This document shows positions 17,716 to 26,197 of a DNA stretch of 64,000 bases, in pieces. Both the position numbers and the translations under genes were made by a program. Positions within the stretch are counted from its first letter, which is position 1; every line of letters starts with the position of its first letter. The stretch is from Minisyncoccota bacterium. GTDB lineage: Bacteria > Patescibacteriota > Minisyncoccia > Phycocordibacterales > JABAAK01. Under the pieces are notes generated by a model. The model worked only from the letters and a program-made list of their open reading frames with translations. It made no database searches and was not told the origin of the DNA. The stretch lies in contig OZ241963.1 of the NCBI GenBank assembly GCA_965204115.1, forward strand, positions 468,622-532,621, given 5' to 3'.

Positions 17716-20700
17716 ATGTCGTTCTCTCGCTCTCTCTTTATCCTTTCCCTCATCCTTGGCGGGATGGTTTTCCTCCTCTTCGGCACTGCGCATGCGCGGG
17801 AGCGGCCCTCCTGGGATTCGTTCTCCTCGGAATATGCCGGTGTCGGTGTTGGGTATCGGGCAGGCGTGCGATTCTTTCGGGATGTCTCTGCTGATTTAGA
17901 GGGAGGAGACCCCACGCCGTCATTTTCTGTGAAAGTGGGGACCTCGCTTCCTGCGGGGCTGCAGCTCACCGGCACCGGCTATCTTGTTGGTGTGCCGACT
18001 GCCGCCGGAGTGTCGAAATTTACCATCGTGGCAAGCAATGCCTCCGGTATTGCGGAAAAACGGGTCACCTTACACATTCGTGAGCCATTCGGTGATACCA
18101 CCTATGGGCAGGGAGAGGTGCACAGCAGTATCCTTGATGCTCAAGTGTTTCTCAACAGCACCGATTGCCCGGTCGCGGCGTCAGGAGTAGGGTCACCAGG
18201 CAAGGAGGTTCTCTCATTCACTCCCGCCCTCAAGCAAGCCACCACCTGCTATCAACAGCTGCACTCTCTTCCCGCCACCGCCACCCTCACCCCGGCTCTC
18301 CTCCAACATTTCATCCAAACCTACACCGGTCGCTTTATTCCCGGAGATTTCACCCTGCCACCCGGTACCGTTCCGCTTTCTTCACCGCTCTGGAGTGATG
18401 ATCGTGTCACCTACACCACCTTTTCCAATGCACCCGTTACCCGCGACCTCTCTGATTCCCTTGTGCGCGGTTACCCCTCACCATCCTTTTCTGTGCAGGC
18501 AGGAACTGCTCTCCCGATTGGGCTTTCCCTCAGCGACTTCGGCATCATCTCCGGTACCCCCACCACTCCCACCACCGCTGATACCACCATTGTCGCCACC
18601 AATTCCTCCGGCAGCGCATCGTTTCGTATCGCCTGGACTGTGCGGGAAGGCGGGTACTCCCTCGGCTCCACCCACCCTGATGTTCGTCAGGCGCAGGTGT
18701 ACCTGAACGGCACTCCGTGTCCCATCGCCAGCACTGGCTCCGGTTCCCCCGGACAGGAGACCTCCTACTTCGGCACCAAGACCCGGCAGGCACTCAACTG
18801 CTACCAGCGGTTGCACAGCCTTCCTGTCACGAACACCATCACCCCAACGCTCCTCACACACCTGTCAAGACATTACACCCCTCCCGCTCTAAACAGACCT
18901 CAGGAGGTCTCCACACCTCTACAATCACCACTCGATCCGCCTCCTGCCCCTGCTGTTGTGCCCCAGGATGGTGTCTGCGATATCACTGTTTCGCAGGGAT
19001 GTGCCGTCGGCACCCCCGTTCAGCATGAACCCTCCTATATCTCCTTAGGAGAGCGCTGGCGCTGTCGTGGTGTCAACAACGGCTTCAGCTCTGACTGGTG
19101 TGTCCGCTGTGACGACGGCTATTCCTTTGACGGAAGAAACTGTTCCCGCAGCACCGCACAGGGTTCTCCCGGACTCCGCTGCTCCGGCACCACTGTCTCT
19201 TTCTGCCGCCTCCCTCGCTCTGCGCACGGCAATACCGTTGCCGGCGCCTGCTCCACAGGTCGCATTGGCTCTTGCGAATATGCCTGTCGTGACGGCATCT
19301 GGACTGCTGTGGCGAACAGCTGCACAAAACCAAGCCCGTGTGTCGGAAGCACTGTTGCCGGCTGTGTTCTGCAAGATACCCGACACGACACTCTCACCGA
19401 CGGCTCCTGTGCCGACGGCTCCACCGGCGCCTGCCGTTACCGCTGCACAAACAGTGTCTGGAAAGCTGTTTCTAACACTTGTGCTCGCGCCTGTGTTGAC
19501 GGTACTTTCTCCGGCTGCGCGGTGGACGCTGCTTCACACGATGCTGTCGGCGGCTCCTGTACTGCCGGCTATACCGGCTCGTGTGCGTACCGCTGCACTG
19601 ACGGCATCTGGAGCAGAGTTTCAAATACCTGCTCGGTGATACCTGTCGTGGAGAGTCAGAGGCGATCGTGTATCGAGGGCATTTTCTCCGGCTGTGCGCT
19701 GGACACCACCTCGCATAGTGCTGTTGACGGCTCCTGTGCCGTGGGCTATGTCGGCTCGTGCGCGTACCGCTGCGCTGACGGCTCTTGGAGTCAGGTTTCA
19801 AATACCTGTTCGGCAATATCTCCTGTGATGACTCAGGAGCAATTGCCCGGACCGTCTTTGGGCTGCTCGGCCAATGTTTTTTCTCACTGCGCTTTAGATG
19901 CTGTTTCTCACAGGGCGGTTGCCGGTTCGTGTGAGAGAGGGTACACCGGGTCCTGTCAGTATGCGTGTGGTAACGGGGAGTGGAATTTTGTTTCAAACAC
20001 CTGCACGCGACAGGCCTCCTTGGCCCAAAGAGTCATTACCCCGATAGTTTCCACCGTGTCGCGACTGGTCGGTGGCGGTGGCTCTACCAATGGCGAGGGA
20101 GGTGTTAGTAATGACGGGGGATATGTTAGGAAAAATACCGCATGCTTAGGCCAACAAAGTGTGGACGGTGTTTGCGACGGTCAGGGCGGGTGTTCTTCGG
20201 GGAAGAGGCGCGATCCGGGAGGGTCATACTGGACGCACGGCTCCTGTTCCGACGGCAATATTGAACGGTCGTACAGCTGTATAGGGCAGTGTGGCGGTTC
20301 AGACGCTTCATGCTCAGGCACTACGGTTTGTGATTTGGGGTGTAGTTATGGTTATGCACTTGATGGGGAAACCAGCAGCCCGCGGTGTAATAACTGCGCT
20401 TCGGACAGCGACTGTAGAACGGGAACTTTTTGCGAAAGGGGTCGGTGCATTATCGGTGTGGGAGCACGGGGGATTCCAACCTTCAGAATCGATCGTCTGG
20501 ATGAACTTCGTCAATGCGGGTGTGATACCTATGATGCGTTCTGTAGTAACAATCGCTGTACTTTCTGTTCTTGCAGCATCTTTGATGTCACGAAGAAGGA
20601 GTACAAATCAACCGGGAAATTGTGCAGTGTTACCTCTGATTGTTCAGGCGCTTCGGAAGTGGCGGGAGTTACCTGGGACAGCGAAGGGTGTCATTGTCAG

Positions 20701-22224
20701 CATTCACATGCGGACGGTTCTTTTCATGGAAATAACACACAGCATGGCACAGATGCTCAGGGTAACCGTGTTGACTCGGAGTGTACGGGTTGGTGCAGTC
20801 CCGGACCCTGCTATGAATCGGGCGGGATGTATGGCTGTCAAGTGGAGTGTGAGGACGGCATTGTAACGAAATCGAGCGGGTGCAAGAGCAGAGACGGTGC
20901 TTGGTGCGGCGGCGGCGGACTGGTGGGCACTCGCTGTTCTCGGGCCGCCGGCTCAGAAACACTCACGGCAAAAACACCTCCTAAGGTGGTTGACCGGACT
21001 AAAACTACCACAACAGGAACAGACACAGGAGGCGGCGCCGGCACAACGGGTGATGAGAGACGGCCTGATACGGGTAATGGCGGCACGATAGGCGGCACAG
21101 GCGGTGAAACAACCCTTGACTGCAGCAGCAGATCTTCCTGTCCGTGTCCGCAGAACGATTGGTGCTCCAGTGGTCAGGTGGGTACCTGTTCCTGTGTCCC
21201 CAACTCAGATGGAAGTCGCTGCATCCAAAGTCGTTCTTTGACCCCGTGTCCGCAAGGCCAAAACTGCAGCAACGGTTCATGTACAGGAGGAGGCGGCACA
21301 GGCGGTGAAACAACCCTTGACTGCAGCAGCAGATCTTCCTGTCCGTGTCCGCAGAACGATTGGTGCTCCAGTGGTCAGGTGGGTACCTGTTCCTGTGTCC
21401 CCAACTCAGATGGAAGTCGCTGCATCCAAAGTCGTTCTTTGACCCCATGTCCGCAAGGCCAAAACTGCAGTAATGGTTCATGCACCTCTTCCGGTGGCGG
21501 GAATGCCGATTGCCCGACGACGATAGAATCCTGCAGGTGCCATGGCATCAGTCTTTTCGGGGGATGTATCGGTACCTACTGGGAAAGAGTCAGGCTGTGT
21601 AATGGTGACGCACTCTCCAGAAAGTGTGGTAGTAGTACAACCAAAAAGAAAAAGGCCACTACTAAGGTTCGCGCTCCGGACAATCCCCCTAAAGGTCCGG
21701 AACCTATTCAAAACGTTCCCGCTCCAGAGAGGGCTGCCCAGAAAGCCCCTGTTCAAACGACTACCCAAAGGGCTCCTGTCCCTGTAGATGATACTCCTCC
21801 CTGCAGCTCTAATGAGTGTGGTTGTTCTAACACCGGGACATGGTGTCATGGGGGTTCATCAGAGAGGTCATGTTACTGCGCAGTGAGCAATGGGTCGTGT
21901 GTAAAGAAATATTCTACATCATCTTGCGCTAGTGGGGTCTGTAGCGGCGGGTCATGTACCTCAGCTGGCGATACTCCGAATAGTTATCCTCCAAAAAGTT
22001 ACTCGCCAAAAAGTTACTCTCCAAGAAGCTACAGTCCAAGAAGTTACTCTCCAAGAAGCTACAGTCCAAGAAGTTACTCTCCAAGAAGCTACAGTCCAAG
22101 AAGTTACTCTCCGAGAAGTTATCCCTCAGCGGATTACGGCGAGTGTTGCCACAGAGGGCACTGTCACACTAGGAGCAGGTCTTATGCAGACGGGGACCGG
22201 AGTTGCGAACACAAGAATGACTGA
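17716..22224 (+). CDS. Large secreted Cys-rich protein: 2x(He_PIG Ig-like + peptidoglycan-binding-like), Cys modules, C-terminal (SYSPR)n
   Basis: Signal ..FGTAHA; LPAGLQL..GVPT and LPIGLSL..ISGTPT; LGSTHPDVRQAQVYLN..GSPGQETSYFG; repeated GSC..GY.GSC.Y.C..G.W..VSNTC. Confidence 0.88.
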   Translation: MSFSRSLFILSLILGGMVFLLFGTAHARERPSWDSFSSEYAGVGVGYRAGVRFFRDVSADLEGGDPTPSFSVKVGTSLPAGLQLTGTGYLVGVPTAAGVSKFTIVASNASGIAEKRVTLHIREPFGDTTYGQGEVHSSILDAQVFLNSTDCPVAASGVGSPGKEVLSFTPALKQATTCYQQLHSLPATATLTPALLQHFIQTYTGRFIPGDFTLPPGTVPLSSPLWSDDRVTYTTFSNAPVTRDLSDSLVRGYPSPSFSVQAGTALPIGLSLSDFGIISGTPTTPTTADTTIVATNSSGSASFRIAWTVREGGYSLGSTHPDVRQAQVYLNGTPCPIASTGSGSPGQETSYFGTKTRQALNCYQRLHSLPVTNTITPTLLTHLSRHYTPPALNRPQEVSTPLQSPLDPPPAPAVVPQDGVCDITVSQGCAVGTPVQHEPSYISLGERWRCRGVNNGFSSDWCVRCDDGYSFDGRNCSRSTAQGSPGLRCSGTTVSFCRLPRSAHGNTVAGACSTGRIGSCEYACRDGIWTAVANSCTKPSPCVGSTVAGCVLQDTRHDTLTDGSCADGSTGACRYRCTNSVWKAVSNTCARACVDGTFSGCAVDAASHDAVGGSCTAGYTGSCAYRCTDGIWSRVSNTCSVIPVVESQRRSCIEGIFSGCALDTTSHSAVDGSCAVGYVGSCAYRCADGSWSQVSNTCSAISPVMTQEQLPGPSLGCSANVFSHCALDAVSHRAVAGSCERGYTGSCQYACGNGEWNFVSNTCTRQASLAQRVITPIVSTVSRLVGGGGSTNGEGGVSNDGGYVRKNTACLGQQSVDGVCDGQGGCSSGKRRDPGGSYWTHGSCSDGNIERSYSCIGQCGGSDASCSGTTVCDLGCSYGYALDGETSSPRCNNCASDSDCRTGTFCERGRCIIGVGARGIPTFRIDRLDELRQCGCDTYDAFCSNNRCTFCSCSIFDVTKKEYKSTGKLCSVTSDCSGASEVAGVTWDSEGCHCQHSHADGSFHGNNTQHGTDAQGNRVDSECTGWCSPGPCYESGGMYGCQVECEDGIVTKSSGCKSRDGAWCGGGGLVGTRCSRAAGSETLTAKTPPKVVDRTKTTTTGTDTGGGAGTTGDERRPDTGNGGTIGGTGGETTLDCSSRSSCPCPQNDWCSSGQVGTCSCVPNSDGSRCIQSRSLTPCPQGQNCSNGSCTGGGGTGGETTLDCSSRSSCPCPQNDWCSSGQVGTCSCVPNSDGSRCIQSRSLTPCPQGQNCSNGSCTSSGGGNADCPTTIESCRCHGISLFGGCIGTYWERVRLCNGDALSRKCGSSTTKKKKATTKVRAPDNPPKGPEPIQNVPAPERAAQKAPVQTTTQRAPVPVDDTPPCSSNECGCSNTGTWCHGGSSERSCYCAVSNGSCVKKYSTSSCASGVCSGGSCTSAGDTPNSYPPKSYSPKSYSPRSYSPRSYSPRSYSPRSYSPRSYSPRSYSPRSYPSADYGECCHRGHCHTRSRSYADGDRSCEHKND
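21091..21486 (+). repeat. In-frame 201-bp tandem duplication (67-aa Cys module)
   Basis: Copies start at 21091 and 21292, nearly identical. Confidence 0.95.
21981..22126 (+). repeat. 15/30-bp coding repeat, (SYSP[R/K])n
   Basis: Alternating AGTTACTCTCCAAGA and AGCTACAGTCCAAGA units. Confidence 0.95.
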
Positions 22225-22236
22225 TCGCCTGGTGAG

Positions 22237-22261
22237 AACAACCCGCATACTGTGGGTTGTT
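22237..22261 (+). terminator. Terminator hairpin
   Basis: AACAACCCGC-atact-GTGGGTTGTT followed by T-run. Confidence 0.7.
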
Positions 22262-22520
22262 TTGCCACAACACCGCTTCAGGGTTTGTGCGTCGGTCTGG
22301 CAGTGTGGGTATTGTTCATACACAGCGGCACATCCGTTCTATTTTCTGTATGGCAGCATGGTGATATATGAGACGGAGCATCTTTTCATATATCAACCTT
22401 TTCGTGACTTCTTTCCTGTTCACCTATAGTATTGTAAATTTGCTGGCGCACTTTTTTTCGCGGTATCTGTAGCAGGGTAGGATAGTTTTGTTTTTTGTTG
22501 TACTATATATGCTGTGGGCG

Positions 22521-22594
22521 GGGCGATTAGCTCAGTTGGCTAGAGCGTCTGGTTTACACCCAGAAGGTCGCAGGTTCGAGCCCTGCATCGCCCA
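22521..22594 (+). tRNA. tRNA-Val(TAC)
   Basis: Acceptor GGGCGAT/ATCGCCC, anticodon arm TCTGG-TTTACAC-CCAGA, T arm GCAGG-TTCGAGC-CCTGC. Confidence 0.96.
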
Positions 22595-22706
22595 CTAAAA
22601 AGCATTAGAAGTGTATGCTTGACATACACCTTTCGGCGGGTTGTCTTTGCGGCTGTATGGGGTGGGGTGGTGGGGCAGTGTTGTTCGTGCTGTATGATGG
22701 TGGTAT

Positions 22707-23438
22707 ATGGAGCCGGAGGTGCTGCATGAAGACGAGTATATCGTGGCTATTGATAAGCCGCACGGGTTGGTGGTGCATCGGGGCGTGGGCACGGATGAGA
22801 CGCTGGTTGATTGGATTCTTGATCGGTATCCGGAAATGCGGAGAGTGGGGGAGTCGGATTGTCAGTTGTTGCGGCCGGGGATCGTGCATCGGCTCGACAA
22901 GGATACCTCGGGGGTGATGGTGCTGGCGAGGCGGCAGGAGGCCTTTGCCGCCCTGAAGAAGCATTTTCAGAAAGGGAAAGTCGAGAAGGAGTACCATGCG
23001 TTTGTCTATGGAGAGCCGCGGGTCGCGCGCGGAACGGTCTCATTACCTATCGGGAAGAGCCGGTCTGATTTTCGGCGGTTTTCTGTGCGTCATACACGGG
23101 GGGAGCTGCGGCAGGCGCGGACGGAGTATGTGGTGGTCGGGTCGTGCACCGTGGGCGCTTCGTTTGTGCGTTTCTATCCGAAAACCGGGCGAACGCACCA
23201 GATACGGGTGCATGCTGAGTCAATGCACACGCCGATTGTATGCGATTCGTTGTATGCCGCTTCGCGGTCGCCGATGTTGGGGTTTTCCCGCCTGGCGCTG
23301 CACGCACGGCGGATATCGTTGCAAACACACTGGTACGATGAGACACTACACCTCGTCGCGCCGCATCCTGTTGATTTTTCAGAAGCGTTCTCTCTTTGTG
23401 ATGATGCGGTGCAGCAATCGGTTGCGTTTTTGGGGTAG
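22707..23438 (+). CDS. RluA-family RNA pseudouridine synthase
   Basis: DKPHGLVVH, GIVHRLDKDTSG, TGRTHQIRVH, LALHA. Confidence 0.95.
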   Translation: MEPEVLHEDEYIVAIDKPHGLVVHRGVGTDETLVDWILDRYPEMRRVGESDCQLLRPGIVHRLDKDTSGVMVLARRQEAFAALKKHFQKGKVEKEYHAFVYGEPRVARGTVSLPIGKSRSDFRRFSVRHTRGELRQARTEYVVVGSCTVGASFVRFYPKTGRTHQIRVHAESMHTPIVCDSLYAASRSPMLGFSRLALHARRISLQTHWYDETLHLVAPHPVDFSEAFSLCDDAVQQSVAFLG

Positions 23439-23503
23439 TGGCGTTTTTGGTTCTCCACAATACGCATAATACTTGTTATGGTGAGGTGCTATAGTGCTTA
23501 TGT

Positions 23504-26062
23504 ATGTCTCCATTCTCGGCAGTGTGGCGTGTTTTCCTGCTTACCCTCGGTTTGACAGTGCTTATCAGCGTGGGTTTTCTCGGGGTGGCGGACGCGCAAG
23601 AGTCTACAACCCGCCGAAGCCCCTTGGATTTGGTAACAACCTGTGCCGCTGATGAATATGCCACCAGAACCAAAGAGGGCATCGTCTGCAAGGCGCCCAC
23701 AGACAACTGGGATAGTGAGGCCACCGCAGGCAGTCACTGCAGAACAGGACAGTTTCTGAAAGTTACCCCAACCGGCCTGCAGTGTTTTCCCTTCAGCGAC
23801 AAGACCAGCACCTACACCACCTACTGCTCCGACTGCTGCGGAGTTGAAGAATTTGCCGTCATCACTACCCTGGGGTTGCGTTGCGCGGGTGCCAGTTGTT
23901 CCAGTGACAGTGAGTGTGCTGGTAATGCCCACTGTGACCCCATCATCAACCGCTGTGTGCAGTGTGTCGGTGACAACTGCGGGGAGTGTGTCTGGGACAC
24001 TAACTACTCCTGTGATTCTGCGCAGCCGACAAAACGGGTCAAGCATTGTCGATTCTCCGGGGTTATACGGAATACGCAGTTCCTGACCTGTCCGCATAAC
24101 GGGACCTGTTCGGGTGGGGCGTGTGTGTGTGTGCCGAAAACTTCCGGGGGCTGGACTGCCGCGCCGTCGTGTGCCGCGCCGTCCTCCGTGCGGTGTGACA
24201 CAGCCATTCCCGATAAGTATGGCACCTGTCGGTACGGCACCACTGCGGCTTGTGAGACGATACAGTGTACCGGCACGCGACCGACGCGAACCTGCACCGG
24301 CAGGGGTACCTATTGCCCGACCGGTCAACAGTGTGGCGTGTATGGCTGCTATTCTCCGACAGGCACCTCCCCTTCTTCATACAGTCCTGCTTCGTATAGT
24401 AGTGCCCCTTCTTCATACACTCCTTCCTCCTACCCCCCCTCCTCCTATGTTGACTCCCCTCCTTCCTATCCTATTGTTGACCCCCCTCCTTCTATTGACT
24501 GCAGCAGCAAATCCTCTTGTGGGTGTTTACAAGACCAGTGTGTGGGTAATCAGGCGTACAGTTGCTCCTGTGTCGCTCGTTCGGGTCGCTGCGTTCTGAG
24601 TCGTACGCTGACCCCGTGTTCGCATGGTTGTAGTAACGGTTCATGTGATGATGACAGCCGAGGGAAGGGGGGAGGTGTAGGTGTTCGTGATCAAGGAGGC
24701 AGTTGTCCTTCGCCGAGCTACACCTGCGGTAATTGGAGCGGAGGATGTCTTACGGCGGGCAGTTTTGGCGGGTTGGTTACCGGGAACAGCAAGATACGGA
24801 GGTGTACCTGTGAATCTGAAGGCTGCTGTGATCAGGGGTCAGAGTGGTTAGAGCACGGGAATTGTAGTCAAGGCACATCAACGAATACGAAGAAGACATA
24901 CACCGGCACATGGTCAAGAGGGAGTTGTAGTTCCTCGAAAAAGATCTGTGGTATAGGAAACTTTGAGACTGAAACTTTCACCTGCTCTGTGACCTGTTCC
25001 GGAGGCGCCTGCGATCCGACTACAAAACCGAGCGGATCATACAGTGTTGAAGGAGGGTGTTGTAATGGTGGGGTAGGTATAGCATGTACTACTGATGTGC
25101 AAAGAAAACAATATGAAGACACAAGGAAGGGCGCAGAACTTGTCGTAGACACCCTCACAAGTAACCATTGTCATACGGGTGGTCGGTGTGTAACATGCTC
25201 TTCAATAGTCGGTGGACATGAGGACACCGGTCATGGTTGCGGCCCTCATAATAGTGACAGCTCTGCTACCCCCCCGTCCTACCCGCCGAATAGTTACCCT
25301 TCAGATAGTGAAGATAGTGATACTCCTCCCTGCAGCCCTAATGAGTGTGGTTGTTCTAACACCGGGACATGGTGTCATGGGGGTTCATCAGAGAGGTCAT
25401 GTTATTGCGCAGTGAGCAACGGGTCGTGTGTAAGGAAATATTCTACATCATCTTGCGCTAGTGGGGTCTGTAGCGGCGGGTCATGTACCTCAGCCGGTAA
25501 TACTCCGAATAGTTATCCTCCAAAAAGTTACTCGCCAAAAAGCTACAGTCCAAAAAGTTACTCTCCGAGAAGTTACAGTCCAAGAAGTTACTCTCCGAGA
25601 AGTTACCCTTCAGATAGTGATACTCCTCCCTGCAGCCCTAATGAGTGTGGTTGTTCTAACACCGGGACATGGTGTCATGGGGGTTCATCAGAGAGGTCAT
25701 GTTATTGCGCAGTGAGCAACGGGTCGTGTGTAAGGAAATATTCTACATCATCTTGCGCTAGTGGGGTCTGTAGCGGCGGGTCATGTACCTCAGCCGGTAA
25801 TACTCCGAATAGTTATCCTCCAAAAAGTTACTCGCCAAAAAGCTACAGTCCAAAAAGTTACTCTCCGAGAAGTTACAGTCCAAGAAGTTACTCTCCGAGA
25901 AGTTACTCCAAGAAGCCGAGAAGTTACAGTCCAAGAAGTTACTCTCCGAGAAGTTATTCCTCATCATCAGCGAGCCTCCATTGTCATTGGGGTGGTAAGT
26001 GCAGAACCTGCGGAGAAGGTCAAGGACACGAGGATACTGGTCACAGTGGTTGCAGTCATTAG
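23504..26062 (+). CDS. Secreted Cys-rich modular protein with Ser/Tyr/Pro repeats
   Basis: Signal ..GVADA-QE; dense Cys modules; SYPP/SYSPR tracts; His/Cys tail. Confidence 0.88.
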   Translation: MSPFSAVWRVFLLTLGLTVLISVGFLGVADAQESTTRRSPLDLVTTCAADEYATRTKEGIVCKAPTDNWDSEATAGSHCRTGQFLKVTPTGLQCFPFSDKTSTYTTYCSDCCGVEEFAVITTLGLRCAGASCSSDSECAGNAHCDPIINRCVQCVGDNCGECVWDTNYSCDSAQPTKRVKHCRFSGVIRNTQFLTCPHNGTCSGGACVCVPKTSGGWTAAPSCAAPSSVRCDTAIPDKYGTCRYGTTAACETIQCTGTRPTRTCTGRGTYCPTGQQCGVYGCYSPTGTSPSSYSPASYSSAPSSYTPSSYPPSSYVDSPPSYPIVDPPPSIDCSSKSSCGCLQDQCVGNQAYSCSCVARSGRCVLSRTLTPCSHGCSNGSCDDDSRGKGGGVGVRDQGGSCPSPSYTCGNWSGGCLTAGSFGGLVTGNSKIRRCTCESEGCCDQGSEWLEHGNCSQGTSTNTKKTYTGTWSRGSCSSSKKICGIGNFETETFTCSVTCSGGACDPTTKPSGSYSVEGGCCNGGVGIACTTDVQRKQYEDTRKGAELVVDTLTSNHCHTGGRCVTCSSIVGGHEDTGHGCGPHNSDSSATPPSYPPNSYPSDSEDSDTPPCSPNECGCSNTGTWCHGGSSERSCYCAVSNGSCVRKYSTSSCASGVCSGGSCTSAGNTPNSYPPKSYSPKSYSPKSYSPRSYSPRSYSPRSYPSDSDTPPCSPNECGCSNTGTWCHGGSSERSCYCAVSNGSCVRKYSTSSCASGVCSGGSCTSAGNTPNSYPPKSYSPKSYSPKSYSPRSYSPRSYSPRSYSKKPRSYSPRSYSPRSYSSSSASLHCHWGGKCRTCGEGQGHEDTGHSGCSH
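25312..25907 (+). repeat. In-frame 300-bp tandem duplication (Cys module + SYSPR), also present once at about 21789-22128
   Basis: Lines 25321-25600 and 25621-25900 are identical; near-identical copy in the upstream paralog. Confidence 0.95.
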
Positions 26063-26161
26063 CGTCGTTATGGACATAGCGTACTCGGAAGGCACGATTG
26101 TTTCTGTGACTAATATGGGTTTTTGCGATAAGGCATCAGACCGATTACAGTGCAAAAATAA

Positions 26162-26189
26162 AAACAACCCGCGATATTGCGGGTTGTTT
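26162..26189. terminator. Bidirectional terminator hairpin
   Basis: AAACAACCCGCG-atat-TGCGGGTTGTTT between convergent genes. Confidence 0.75.
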
Positions 26190-26197
26190 GTGTAATG

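Noticed and set aside
23498-24328. Long antisense or alternate-frame ORFs (also 55891-56844, 54912-55829, 4729-5256)
   Set aside because: Shadows of real genes with biased codons; no motifs or start signals
21981-25960. Short repeats as CRISPR or DGR template/variable repeats
   Set aside because: They are in-frame coding repeats, differences are not adenine-specific, and no reverse transcriptase is present
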